Source: Balanoglossus misakiensis (Eukaryota; Animalia; Hemichordata). From it: 64,000 bases of DNA. The translations under genes and the position numbers were made by a program. Where the stretch lies: assembly GCA_040954595.2 (NCBI GenBank), contig CM082590.2, positions 4,154,001-4,218,000 of the forward strand, in the 5' to 3' direction. Shown piece after piece: positions 10,075-22,487 of this stretch (its first letter is position 1; each line of letters begins with the position of its first letter). The notes under the pieces were generated by a model. That model saw nothing but the letters and a program-made list of their open reading frames with translations, did not search any database and was not told where the DNA came from.

Positions 10075-12383
10075 TAAGTTGCTTTTTCTCTCTTATCTAC
10101 CCTATTAATTCTGTCCTTTCTTATTCTTAATTGACGTACGGACACAGTTTCGAATTTGTTTGGTTGAGAATTCCGCCATTTCATCAGCCAAAGTTGGGTT
10201 GTCTTCTTGTACTTTTCAACATCTTTGCTGCTAACTTTACCAACTGCTATCTCTTCTGCAAACATTTCTTTAATGGCTTGCTAAAAGTGTGACGGCCGTG
10301 TTCAATTCCATGGCCTGAAGTTTGACTTATATTGCCCCTCACCCTATACCAGGGCTGCCAGTCATCTCCACACCACCCTCATCTGTATTGTCAACAAAAG
10401 GCCTTTTGGATATGGCCAGTTTTGAAAACAAGTGATTTGGGTGGTGGTCAATGCTGGGTGGTGCTATGCTTCCAACTGAACTCTCATCATTTTCATATTA
10501 CTCAGTTGCACTCACTTTCATTTTTTCTCTTCCATTTTTTATTCGCAACTATCTTGGAACACAACTAACGCGTTGAATAGATTCCTGCACACCTTTTGTC
10601 ATGGCATAAAAAGATGCCTGTGTGCGAAAACTATGTGCCATGTGTGACGCAAGGGGCACTGCAAGATCCGGATCGTTCAGCAAAACGTATGTAACGGTGG
10701 ATTTGTTGTGGTCAGTTCTTTTGAAATGACATCCGCGAAGCGCCAGGCAGCTTTCAACGCCTTCACAAACGTACTCGAGTTAAAATCCCTGCCATGATAC
10801 ATCCTGAACAATCTGGTAGAGTTATCATTCCCCCCTCCCCCTCACAAAAGGGTAATACGTGTTCAATATACATCATAGCCTGTTTATACAGTGTAGACAA
10901 GAAAACAATTCTCGTGGGCCCTGATGTTGCTGAAGTTTTATGTGCCGCAATAGTCACAACCAACCCTTGTCAGTCTCTTTGGCTGCTCTAACATCCCCAA
11001 CTGTTATGATTTTTATAGGCACAATTTCTTTGCGCATTGTCTAGGACTAGTTGCACCATTAGGCTGCATTCACAAACACCTCTGGAGGGGGGGGGGGCAG
11101 GAGAATTGAGGGGGGGGGATTTGAAAAAAATTAGGGTACGGTTAAATTTGTCCTCCCCAACATACCGGTAGTTGAGTTTTTGCCAGGTTCATTAAAATGC
11201 AGCTTTGAGCTCTGTATTTTATAACATTTTCTTACGTGAAATCCCCCCCCCCCCCCAATTTTCTTTCACAGAGCAAAACACATCACCTAGTATCTATCAT
11301 TTAAAAGAAGAAAAACAGCGCTCCCATCCGCAAGTATTTGTATTCTGTGTTTTGGTAGACCACCCCCTTCAATTCTCGGTTTACAATGTCTCCCAACACA
11401 GAATACAAATACTTAAAAAATGGGAGCGCTGTTTTTCTTTTTTTACAAGATAGATACTAGGTGATGTGTTTTGCTCTCTGAAAGAAAATGGGGGGGGGGG
11501 ATTTCAAAATTTTGGCAGTTCGGAAGGGGGGGGATTTGAATTTTTTCGGGTTGTGTACGGGGGGCATGTGAAAATTAGCGGTAAAAAAATTGAATTCTCC
11601 CGCCCCACCCCCTCCAGAGGTGTTTGTGAATGCAGTCTAATGTGGCCTGACATTAAGCAAAAATCTTCTCGTCAAACGCGTTGTCTGCCCTCCCCCACAC
11701 AGCTAAACTCCACAAAGCCTTGTTGGCGTGGATCGCCATTTCGCACGTCTCATAGGATGAAATCTCCTCAGGAGTCAAGATCTTTTCCTGTTCTGCATCC
11801 TGAAAAACACTTCTCCTTAATTTTACTTCTTTTGTCAGACTCTGAGCCCAAAGTCTACTATGATCTATCATCTGGCGTGCATTTTTAATAAAACCGTTAT
11901 GTTCTGAATCGAGAAAACGATAAAGTCTCAAAGAAAAATATATGACCGAACTGTTGAAGCTTCATAAGGCTTGAGCATGGCTTCAAGACATTCCCTGACT
12001 TTTCCCTTTTCACTCAAACCTTCCACCACCCCCTCCCCCCCAACCCAAACAGACTCAACCAGTTTTTCAGCCTGAGCTGGATGCTGGATTGCTGCTTTCC
12101 CAAACTTTCTCCCCCCACCCATTCCCTGTATCCACTTTTTAAAATCAGTTATAAGAATATTTTCTGTGCTTTCCATCACCCCCTACCCTCTTTCTCTCTA
12201 ATTTCTGCCTCCAATTCTCTGTCTGTTTCAATAACCCCCACCCCTATCTCGCCTTCTGAATCACTTATATTTTCTGATTCGAAATCTCTTTCTCTTTCAC
12301 TAACCCTCTCCCCCATCTCACCACCACTTTTATTATTTCTGACTTCTAAAGATATTTTCTCCCCTTATCTATCATCAGTCGTA
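10075..12383 (-). pseudogene. Second tyrosine recombinase gene (YR2), divergent paralog of YR1; frameshifted, MITE-interrupted, 5' end lost
   Basis: Fragments align with YR1 in order: DFKKWIQGMGGGRK...EASTVRSY, then MVQLVLDNAQR (about 11020-11060), AAHKTSATSGPTRIVF (10763-10963), PDLAVPLASHMAHSFRTQASFY (about 10605-10672) and a similar C-terminal helical domain. Confidence 0.8.
11062..11637. mobile_element. MITE, 576 bp, TA target duplication
   Basis: TIR GGCTGCATTCACAAACACCTCTGGAGGGG / CCCCTCCAGAGGTGTTTGTGAATGCAGTC. Removing it plus one TA restores the YR2 frame (CQATLMVQLVLDNAQR). Confidence 0.9.
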
Positions 12384-12399
12384 ACATGTGAAATACAGG

Positions 12400-13337
12400 T
12401 GGGTGGACAAGGGAATTTTAACATAACGCTCATAGGCGTCTGAGCGCCAATCCCCGTGCAGTTTGATCAGGTCTGGGGGAACTCCTGCTGCATGGGCCGG
12501 GGAGGCTCCACCCCTACGCAAACCGTGAGCAGAATAAAGTTAGCTGTCTTTGCAAATGGCTTCCAGTAGTTTGGCAAGAGCCGATGAAAACGATGAAAAT
12601 GTCAGACTGACAAGCTTCCCGTTCTGAGGGTAAATGAAGACTGGCTGATCTGTCGCTGCCTGCACCGAGGAGAGCATGAGTTTAACTGCCGACACAGGGC
12701 AAAGGGGGCTGCCAGGCAACGCTGCTAGCGGAATAAAGTGAGTGCGCTCATGACACTACAGTGTCTTGGACCAACGCACTGCAAGCATAACTTGCTTATC
12801 ACTAACTGCAATATCGCGCCTGGTGAGGTGGCGATTGCGATCAAATGAGTGCTTGGATGGAGGAACCAAGTTCGATTTCCTCAAAAAGGCAAAGAAGCCC
12901 ATTAAAACAGCGTACCAAACTGTTAAATGAAACTTGCTGGAAAGATCAATAAATGTTGCCATTTCCTCCAACATGGGAACTGTCAAAGGCAACTTCTGAG
13001 AAGGTGTGTGGACACTGCTTTTTCTGATGCCTGTGAGCGCCAATTTGAAACCCAGGCATTCGAAAGGTTCCAGGCTGTGGCCGGTCAGTATATGAAGTGT
13101 CTTGACACCCGCAATATAATTGGTAACGGATGCAGGACTACTAAACGACCTGCTAAGAAACTGGGCATAAAGCGCCAAAACTGTGGACGTCGTAGGCACC
13201 GCTTGCAAACCGTAGTGAAGTGCAAAACTTATATAGGAGCGGAACTGAATATTCAGGTTCCTGAGCGTACCGGGACGAAAGGCTGCTAGCCGGGAGTTCT
13301 TGACCTCTTGTCTTAATAACTCCAGATCTTGCTGCAC
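12400..13337 (-). pseudogene. Ngaro/DIRS tyrosine recombinase
   Basis: FFAFLRKSNL, RWSKTL*CHER...PLCPV, then SAHGLRRGGA...IKLHGDWRSDAYERY at about 12420-12532. Confidence 0.9.
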
Positions 13338-13404
13338 AGCTGCAAATAAAGTAAAATAAGACGTTTAGTGAAAACAATGCTGAGGACGAGTTTCGTCAAG
13401 AAGT

Positions 13405-14920
13405 TTATCTCCTGTGAGTGAGGCAAAGGTGTCGCGGTACTTGCGGTCCAAATGCCAGCGTGACAAGCAATCGGCAATGCTGTTCTGAGCGCCAGGAAGA
13501 TAGGCGCGCTTTCAGCTCGAACTGATGTATCGCTGCAATAAACCAAAGTTCGCGCGCGGCTGACATGAGAAAGGGGCCGCGACCGCGGCCGGTGTTAAGA
13601 ACCTGTACCGTGCTGCTGTTGTCGCTGTAGACTAGAATTCGCAGGCCTGTCCATTTGTCACCCCAAAGTCTGGCCGCCACTACGATGGTGAGCATTTCAA
13701 GGCAGTGGATAGGCTGTTGCTGCTGCAAGACAAAATCTGGGAATGGGGCATGGAAATACTGTGAGGCTGAGATTCCACCACATCCTGAAAGGCAAGCATC
13801 TGTACAAATAACGCTGTTGGGTGTGGACCAGACCAGTTCCGGAATAATCGGAACGCCGTTATATTGCCTAAGAAAAGAGACCCACCAACTGATATCTTTC
13901 TGGAACTGCACGTTTAAGTAAATGTGATGCCGCGCTGACTGGACAGAACATAGCGTGTCAAGCATGCGGCTAATAAAAAGACGGCCTGCACGAACACAGC
14001 TAGAGACAAATGAAAGCTTGCCGATAAGGACCTGCAACTGACGTCTAGTGGCATTTTTCCTGCCTGAACAATGAGCAAGAAGCTCTGAAAGCTCAGTGAG
14101 CCTGTCCTCTGTGACTAAAAACGAGAGACAAGTTGTGGGGGTTACAGCTTGACCAAAGGCTTCCTGTAGACCTAATTCAGAGAGAAGAGACCGCAAAGCT
14201 AAAAAGGCGGACTGGGCCCGTATAGGGGTGTCTGCGCCGCAAAAGTCATCCAAAATAATTGACTGCGCGAAAACCCAGATTATGGTACATGGCAATCACG
14301 GTGTTCGTGGTGGCCTGACATGCAAGCGCCGTGGAGCACAACCGGAATGGCAAACGGAGATCAATAAAGAGCGAATCTCGCCATGTATAACCCAACAGGT
14401 GAAAGTCATGGGGATCCACTGGCAATTGTCTGTAAGCCCTACTCAAGTCTAATTTAAACAAGTGACACCCGGGGCCTAAATCTCTGATAATCGTGACCAG
14501 CGAGTCAATATTGGGGTAGCGGAGCTGGAAAGGCTGCTGCAGGAAGGTCAATGCTGAAAAACCTGCATTGACAGAACTAGAGATGGGAAAACTGAGATCC
14601 ATTATAATACGCCTATACGGAGACCCCTTCTTCGGGACTGAGGAGAGCGGGGAAGTAGCCACTGGCATAGTATGTGGGTTAGATGCGAATGGTCCAGCGG
14701 TGGCCTTTAGACTAACTTCAGTGCTAACGAAGGCATCAACATGGTGAGCAAATTGCAAGGCGGATCTATGGTTGCGCCTGCTAGCAAGTGGCAAGCAATT
14801 ACCAGTGAAATTGATGGGCCAACCAAATTCAAGAAAGTCAACTATAATTCCGCTGTGCCTGTCAGGAAGTCTGGCTCGCCATGCTGGAATGTTTAGTGCA
14901 ATGGGAACAGGGATACGCAC
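13405..14920 (-). pseudogene. Ngaro/DIRS reverse transcriptase-RNase H
   Basis: PKKGSPYRRIIMDLSFP, KLDLSRAYRQLPV and LPF.L.S, with a frameshift at the (Y)LDDF motif. RNase H motifs are TDACLSGCG, IHCLEML and YSDNSSTV. Confidence 0.92.
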
Positions 14921-15406
14921 TCTGGCAAAGTTTGGTTTTCCGGAAGTGAAAACTGTCCTGTGCGCTTGTAGGACCTACTCGTGTGAAACTGGCGAACATG
15001 GGGGCCAATCAGTCGTGTGTGGGGGGACCCAGGCCGGAATAACTGGAAGAAGTGGAGTGTCAACAACGGTGGGTACTAAAAATTCCTGGTACTGGAAGGT
15101 CTTGGTACCTGATATAGCCTTTGCTAGAACATGATGCGAGAGGGCACAGTCGAAAAGTACAGAAATGTGGCAATACAAATTGTGAGCATCAAAAGCTACA
15201 CCATTTACAAAGTTTGAAAGGTCAGGTGAAAAACCTACATAACAAAAAGGCTGATCAGCTATACTGTTACATGAGCCAGATTCTGCTACATCTTGGAAAA
15301 TCCCCTCTCCCCCTGGTGCTGCAGGCCATTCCCTGGGTTTTTTTGGTGTTTCGTCCCTGAATTCTTTATCGTTAAAGGGGCAATCTGTGGAAGCATGCCG
15401 TGTTTC

Positions 15407-16200
15407 CTAATGCCTAAAGCGCAAACAGGCGGAGCAGACATGCTTTTCCAATTTGCCCTCCACTACATGATCAGAGATTTGGCTACATTTGTGATCTTGA
15501 AAGGCAGAGCAATAGCGAGAGTGACGGTTTTTCTTAGCGCTAGGCTTAACTGGTTGATCCACACTAATTTGGGGAGGGTTTCTGACGAATCTGGTATGCA
15601 GGTTGTCAAAATCGTCGCCCCACACCAACAACCCCTGCTCAAGGTATTGTAAAATAATTATTGAGTGGTATTTACGGACCCTCTCCCAAGAATACAACTG
15701 AGCGTCAGTGACAATGTTTTGCAAGTTTGCTAAACGATTGACAGTGGAAGCATTATCTAAACTCATCCCTAATATGATGTCACATGAATCCTTCAAATCT
15801 TCTTTGGCACTACACTTCACCAAACCAGAAAACTGACATTTTTGATGTCCTGTACTATAGGGTGCACTCACTGGCAAAGCCTTCAATATGTTGAAGTTGG
15901 CCAGTAAGGTAGATATATAGATAGATTCAGTTCACCCGATACCAGCTGTGGTAAAGTCAATTCATCATAAGTAATTGCCTCTGGTTTGTGCGGGTTGGGG
16001 TCTCGGATTTATTTGTGTGGCCATGGTATGTACATGAGAACCCTGTCTGTTGGTTTCCTCTTGGCGCCACTTTTTATTCTTTTACCTTTTGTCCTGGCGG
16101 TAGTCGATGGCTGGAGAAGCCTGTTCCTCGTCCTCGTGCGCGGAGCGTTCCGTTTCTCTACCTGTTTCTTCCCGTCGCCATGTCTGCTGTCTGCATCGTC
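15407..16200 (-). pseudogene. Ngaro gag-like ORF1 remnant
   Basis: IPWPH...ITYDELTLPQLVSG (about 15935-16035), YSWERVRKYHSIILQYLEQG..WGD and a C-terminal C-x6-C..H..HVCSAC cluster. Confidence 0.7.
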
Positions 16201-16289
16201 GCTGGAGAAGTAGTATGTGCATGTGTATGTGTGCGATGTTCGCGATGTTCGTGTATTTCTTTCAACAAACTCCGAAATCAGTTATTTCC

Positions 16290-17087
16290 ACATTGAGTGT
16301 CTACATAGTCCTGGAATCTTACTGGTCTTCTCACAACGCGTCCTCTAGAAGTGGTTTTCACTGACTGGTTGCCTGTGGCATCTGCTTGCGTCATACTGCT
16401 ACAAACCGAGTTAGGATTGGTTACCGTCATCTCTTTGAGAGGTTTTACATCTGGCGTAGTTTCTTCAACAGCAGGTGGTTGACAATGCTTTACAAGCAGG
16501 TGGTCATCAGCGACATCTGGAACAAGTGGCATTTCTTTTGTTTTCCTCAGGTCACAGCGGTTTCTAAGGTAGATGTGTCCACCTGACTCGACAATATATT
16601 ATCGTGGTGTATTTGCTCTTGACTGTACAACTGCTGGTTTCCATCCTTTGGGTGTCTTCATCCTCACAAACTCATCGTTTGATAAACTGGGCAGATCTTT
16701 GGCATGCTGGTCATGATAGTATTTCTGTCTTTGTTTCAATGTTTCCAGGCTTGGCTTTACATTCTCAACATGTTTGGGCTTCAGCAAAATCTCGCTGGTT
16801 GGAAAGAGTGTTTTGGTTCTCCTACCCATGAGTCTCTGCACAGGTGATCCCAACTGACTGTCACGTGGTGTGTTTCTATGATCCAGCAGAGCTAAATATG
16901 GATCCTTGTTATTTCGCTTGGCTTTCTTCATAAGCGATTTTGCACTTTTGACTGAATTTTCTGCCATGCCATTTGATTTGGGGTATCTTGGACTTGATGT
17001 GACGTGTTCAAATCCATAGGCAGCTGCAAACTTGACATGTCTATTTTTGAGCTGAACAATAAACTTGTTTACTACTTTACTTGCCAA
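16290..17087 (-). mobile_element. Ty3/Gypsy integrase C-terminal fragment
   Basis: HVTSSPRYPKSNGMAENSVK, DPYLALLDHRNTP, SPVQRLMGRR and RQKYYHD, ending in the typical pol tail SRGRVVRRPVRFQDY. Confidence 0.9.
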
Positions 17088-17790
17088 AAAAAAACAACTC
17101 GTGAGTGACTTGGTCAGTTGTCATGGTTCAGTATGTAAAAAATGAAATAATACATTTTATGGGTATGTACCCATACAATGTGACGTTACTTGCGCAGTTA
17201 GTTGTTGTTAGAGTAAACAAAAGATCACGTGATTGTGACGTTACAGTTTTTCGTGTAGTATGGGCGGTTCATTCAAACATGTTGTTTACCATCGGACCTT
17301 TTCTATGAAACCTTATATCGTTATATGGGCAAATTCAACCCGAATCCATGGGTAGGGCAATTCTTTTCATGTTAAAGGTTTGTTCATCGATATTTATTTC
17401 ACAAAGAAAAAAATATATCCAAAATGGTATTTGCCATCAACTGGGCAGTTAAACATAGCTGAATGAAGTACAGTAATCTAAAAGACACATATAAAGCGAT
17501 GATATCTCCATTACTCGAATTTCAATTTTAATGGCAACATCTCCCGTAAAATGCGGACCTCACTTCAGGTATTTGTTGATGCAGCGTTATTTTCATTGTA
17601 TTACCCTTGTTTGATAAGTTCCCTTTTATGAGATCTGACTTTCACTATAATAGACACAATGCTGGCTATCAACCGGAAATTGCGTCACTTCCTCATTTCA
17701 TTCGTTGAACAAAAAATCGCGTCAACGACACAGTGGTCCCATTGAGGGAATACACAAGAAAAAGTCTACACCGGAGTATATGGCCATATG

Positions 17791-17868
17791 CAGACAGACA
17801 GACAGACACACACACACACACACAAACAAACACACACACGCACACACACACACACACATACACACACA
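17791..17868. repeat. (CAGA)n/(CA)n microsatellite
   Basis: Read directly from the sequence. Confidence 0.95.
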
Positions 17869-17939
17869 GCAAGAGATCAATGGGCGAGCACTGACTGACC
17901 CATAAGCTGCCAATGGCATATGTACTGTACATACACTAA

Positions 17940-18340
17940 ATAGAACAGCTGGCCTCTTTAAAACTTAGCCAGTTATGTAATCATTCAGGAATTTGCTGTG
18001 TATATAAACAACAAAATAAAGTAAATACACACCACTTCGCAAAGCAATCTGACCAGTAGTTCTTGGGTTACTGAGTTTTGACCAAATTCACATTTTCCAT
18101 CTAATTTGCATATTTTTGGCAATGACAATTTCATTTGAACAAACTCCCATCTACAGCCCAGCCTGCATCTGGCACACCAAATATCAAGGTGATACACGCA
18201 GTGGTTTTCAAGTTTTTGATGTGGACGGACATACAGACATACATCCATACATACATACATACATACATAAATACATACAGACGCAACCAATCCCATAAGG
18301 TCCCATGGTATATAGGCCTATACAAATGGGACCTGAAAAC
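17940..18340 (-). mobile_element. Short, internally deleted copy of a HINE/DINE-like non-autonomous element
   Basis: Reverse complement of both ends of 38620-39757 (GGTCCCAT...ATGGGACC hairpin, (GTAT)n tract, GGCCAGCTGTT end). Confidence 0.7.
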
Positions 18341-19174
18341 CTTGGATCCGCAGGCAGCCCGTTGATATCTGTGAATGAGGGTAGAAATTGTGCAAATTAT
18401 TTCAATCATCAAAAATGAGTTAAGATGGTGCTGTATATCATGTGTATTACTTTGCATGTTTTTGATACGTTGTGCGTTATTTTGAACGCCTTAAAGGGAA
18501 AGTTAAGTCGAACCGATTTGGTATTATGTGTTAGCACTGGGTTCAGTTATTCAGGGGAATAAACATTTCGCCTTCTCAAACTCATGTGATTTTGCACAAA
18601 AAGGGAAAGAGATTCTTCGATATCAAATGATGTCAGACGTGCTCAGACGGCAGTTACGTTGGCATTCAAATTTCCAGATGACGGGCAACTTCAGCAACGT
18701 GGTGCAGACAAATACTGTGCAGACGAAATGCAATGAGGTTGATGAGGCCCCATACCTGATACATGTTGCGTATTTGGCGGTTATAAAGTAAAAACATACT
18801 CCGAAAAACTTTTTCTGGATGCCGAAATATCTGAAAATGACAACGCCGTGGGTTACATGGCCAGATCACGTGTTTGATAGTAAAGAATTGGCAGAAGATA
18901 CATTCTAGGACTACATCAAATTATACTTTTTGAATCATTAGCAAAAGTGCTTTCATGATTTCTATGATAACAAGATGTGAATATTATTATTTGATAACAA
19001 ATCTCTCCTCACAAAAGAATAGAAAGGTTTGGAGCATTATCATTTTGTCTGTCCAGAGGCACATACTGCCTTATGATGATTACATAGGCCTAATTAATTA
19101 ATTTTTTCCTTAAAGGGACAAAGTCTCTCTCTCGCTGCCCCCTTTCCATTGATTATGTTTGATTCAACACACCC

Positions 19175-19355
19175 TGTGTATATATAGTGAATCAACGTTC
19201 GATCACACATGTTTGTAGGATATGAGAGTCAAAATCTCGCCCAAATGAATAAACGGTAGAAACCGATTATTCATTTTGGCGAGTTTTTCACTCTCGTGTC
19301 TGCAAGTGGGATGAAAGGTGTGTGTGGTCGAACGTTGATTCACTATATATCCACA
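19175..19355. mobile_element. Small MITE-like inverted repeat
   Basis: 35-bp arms at 19175-19209 and 19321-19355 with 2 mismatches. Confidence 0.75.
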
Positions 19356-19442
19356 TGTAGAATAACATAAACAGTGTCTTGTATCAAACATAATGGGCTT
19401 AGAGGGCACACTGACAGTGACAAAACTATACCCCAAAGCCTC

Positions 19443-20000
19443 CATAGGCATAGGAACCAGGAGGGGGGTGGTCACTTGCCCCCCCCCCCCTCCTTCCAAT
19501 GCTGAAGTAGGGGGGGGGGGCAAAGAAATACTTTTGCCCCCCCCCCCAACTTTAGGGACAAAAAACTGCGGCGTCAAGATTGTTATATTACAAACACACC
19601 AACCCCTTTCATTCCTTCACTCTTTTCATGTATTGCCTGGTGTACCTGGGCAGAGTACTTGCCTCTCCCCCCCCCACCAATGCTAACTTGGTGAAGGTTA
19701 AATTTGTCCTCCCAACATAGTTGAGTTAATTTGCTTTTGAGTTCATTAAAATGCAGCTTTGAGCTCTGTATTTAATAAAATTTTCTAACGTGGGAGGGGG
19801 CACCCACTCCCAAACCCACCTTTACCAATTCTACTAACTATAGTAATGACTTGTCCTTTTAATTTGTTCATATATTAATTTAATTATTTTAATTTATTCA
19901 AATATGCAAATTGCCATTGTAAGTCATTCACCACCAGAATGTTGGTTACATTTGCACCCCCCCCCCCCCCATAACCATGAATTGCTCCCTAAGCCCCTGG
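19443..20000. mobile_element. G/C-run-rich non-autonomous DNA element
   Basis: Poly-G/poly-C hairpins. The internal segment 19697-19792 (GGTTAAATTTGTCCTCCC...CATTAAAATGCAGCTTTGAGCTCTGTATTT) is shared with 11140-11240. Confidence 0.55.
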
Positions 20001-22487
20001 CCTCGCAAATTATTCGTACAATGTGCACTTTCATCCATTTGGGCTTAGATTATTCCTCAAATAATTTAGCGAAAACATAAACAGAAAATCATTTCAATCA
20101 AATGCAACGCAATTTGAATGATGACAAATGGGCTATTCATTGTCCTGTCATAGAACATTGAAAGGGTATACAAATAAGGCTTCCAACAAAAGGTACTACA
20201 TAATTAAATGTAGATTTAAAAATTATTTTTCAGTTAAAATGAATATAGTGCAAACAAATTCTGAAAATATTGTGTCAATTTTATTCAAACAAAATTGCCA
20301 ATATTGAAATGAATTCTTCAAATACATGTCATCAATAATTGAAATATCAACCTGTCTTCTTTATTAGTATATGTAGACATCTTAAAACACTATCATTCTT
20401 ATTAATATGCCCATAACATCATTGATGTAGTTTTTTTTCAAACCAGTTGATGTTCATTTGTGTGTTTGTTTTTGTGTGGCATCTGTCTCTGCAATTTACA
20501 TATTGTTTGAAAGACTCAAAAACAGAGAGTTCAAATGAGGGGTAAATTCAGTATGTTCTAAAATAATTCAATACAAACAAAGTTGTCCTAATCATGACAG
20601 CTGTCCCTGACACAGATGTACACGTGGCCAATAGGGGCATGGCTAAACACATCTGTTTGACCCACGTCTATTCACTTCACAAGTTTACCTTCACATTGAT
20701 AAACTAGGGATTGACCAACCAGGTTAACATATTTGGGGAAAATATGCTTAAAGCATAGAAGGGATGGTTTTTCCAGGAACAACATCCAAAACAAAAGGAT
20801 CAGATCAGACTGAATAATCCAAGCTGGCCAGTTTCTGTGTGGGGGATATTTGTGAGGGGAATTTAAAAGCTTGATACTTCACACATTTAGTTCTTTAAAA
20901 CACAATATAGAAAACGTACATACAAAAAGATTTTACAAGGAAACATTACTGTGACTTGAAAGTATGACCAATTTGTGTATATTGAACATACCTGTAAGGA
21001 TAACAATAAGCTGTGGTCTAAGTATTTTATCGACAAATATATCAGAAAGTATCAGAACATCGTTGGTTATTGAGCTCTTAAACACTGTAACTTGTGAAGT
21101 TGTGTGTCCTATTACTGAATATTCAAGCAGACATTGTCATTGCAATTAACCTTGTCCCTGCTGGATCAATGGATAAAGAGAACACTGAGTTAACATGAAA
21201 TAAAGTCTGTCCCCACATGTCTGAGTAATGGTTCCATACAAAAGGATTCACTGACAGACGGAATGTTATCTTTTAGACAGCTGGTTTGGTTCCAAGGGAA
21301 ATGAAAAGAAATCACTATTTGCCATTTCTGTCAAGATTATAGTACGTCAATTAAATTTTGCATATATCACATGTTGGTATGCATAATTGAAGACATTAAA
21401 CCTGTGACAGATAAGCATTAAAACACCGTATACATTTTCAGAGAAAAAACACGAGTCACATGAAACAAAAGGCAAGTATTATACTTACACACCAAAAACT
21501 GCCTTATATTGATAAACTTAGCCTGAAAGTTGCAAATGAATGTTATAATGGAAACATTCCTGATTCAAGAGGACATTAAAAAGATGAAAACCTTGATAGT
21601 TTTTGAAAAGTTACATAATTTTACATTGATGCACAATACATAAAAGTACTTGGTGTAAAGACAGACAATCTCCTTCTCTCTATATTAAGCAAAGATTTGG
21701 CTACACATCAACAAATTGTGTTTAATGTCAGTTGTGGTATACTAGTCTATAAAAGAAATCACTACTTTAAATGCAAATATAAATTGAGATACTGCAATCC
21801 AATTAACCTGGGTCATTTGATTATGTTACAAATGCAACCTCAAAGTGAATTCTCTCACAAGAAGATTGAAAGGCCACATTTTTGTTTATCAACTTATAGG
21901 ATTGGTCTCTGCACAGAGGATACTACATGGGCAGTGTTCCCATCATGTCATTTCATCCACTTATCTTTGGCCATGCTTTCTTTTGGCCAATGAACATGGT
22001 GCTATCTGGTACATGGTGAAGGAGCATCTAACTGGAAGATCTATTGTATAATTTCCTACCGTCACCTAAAAACAATCCCTACTATCTCTAACCACAGATC
22101 AAACAAGAAATATTTCACTGTTTTGTCTAAATTTGACATTGTTGGAACTGTATGTTGGATATATCCGAATAAAATGTATATAAGTAGTATTCCTTGTACT
22201 TGGAAATAGTGTCACAACTCTGCCATTATATACACAATGGGAAATGCAGTTACTGTGTAGTACATGTGTGGCCAGATGCAAATTCTGTAGTGTTTGGAAT
22301 CTACCAGTCTTGCGCCCTCATGAGATGTTTGAGAGTACATTGTGGATGCTAGGGTGTATTGATGGAAATGTTCGATTTATGTTTTGGTAACATTCATGCA
22401 CATGTATTGTGGTATCACAGTTACAATACCGTATGTTAACGTAGAGTATTGTGATAATCTTTGGGTGACACCCACATCAGTATGTCT

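Larger units (their letters stand above)
12384..16270 (-). mobile_element. Degenerate Ngaro/DIRS-group tyrosine-recombinase retrotransposon
   Basis: Gene order is gag-like, RT, RNase H, YR on the minus strand, with several stops and frameshifts. Ends are approximate and no terminal repeats were confidently found. Confidence 0.9.

Noticed and set aside
12384-16296. Inverted termini for the Ngaro/DIRS element (ATGTGAAATA versus TATTTCCACAT)
   Set aside because: Too short and imperfect to distinguish from chance.
17693-18457. Cluster of short ORFs (VCVC, HTHT, MYVCMY), and similar ones at 3760-4029, 4850-5194, 31366-31590, 38496-38866 and 40042-40616
   Set aside because: These are translations of microsatellites, low-complexity tracts and non-autonomous repeats.
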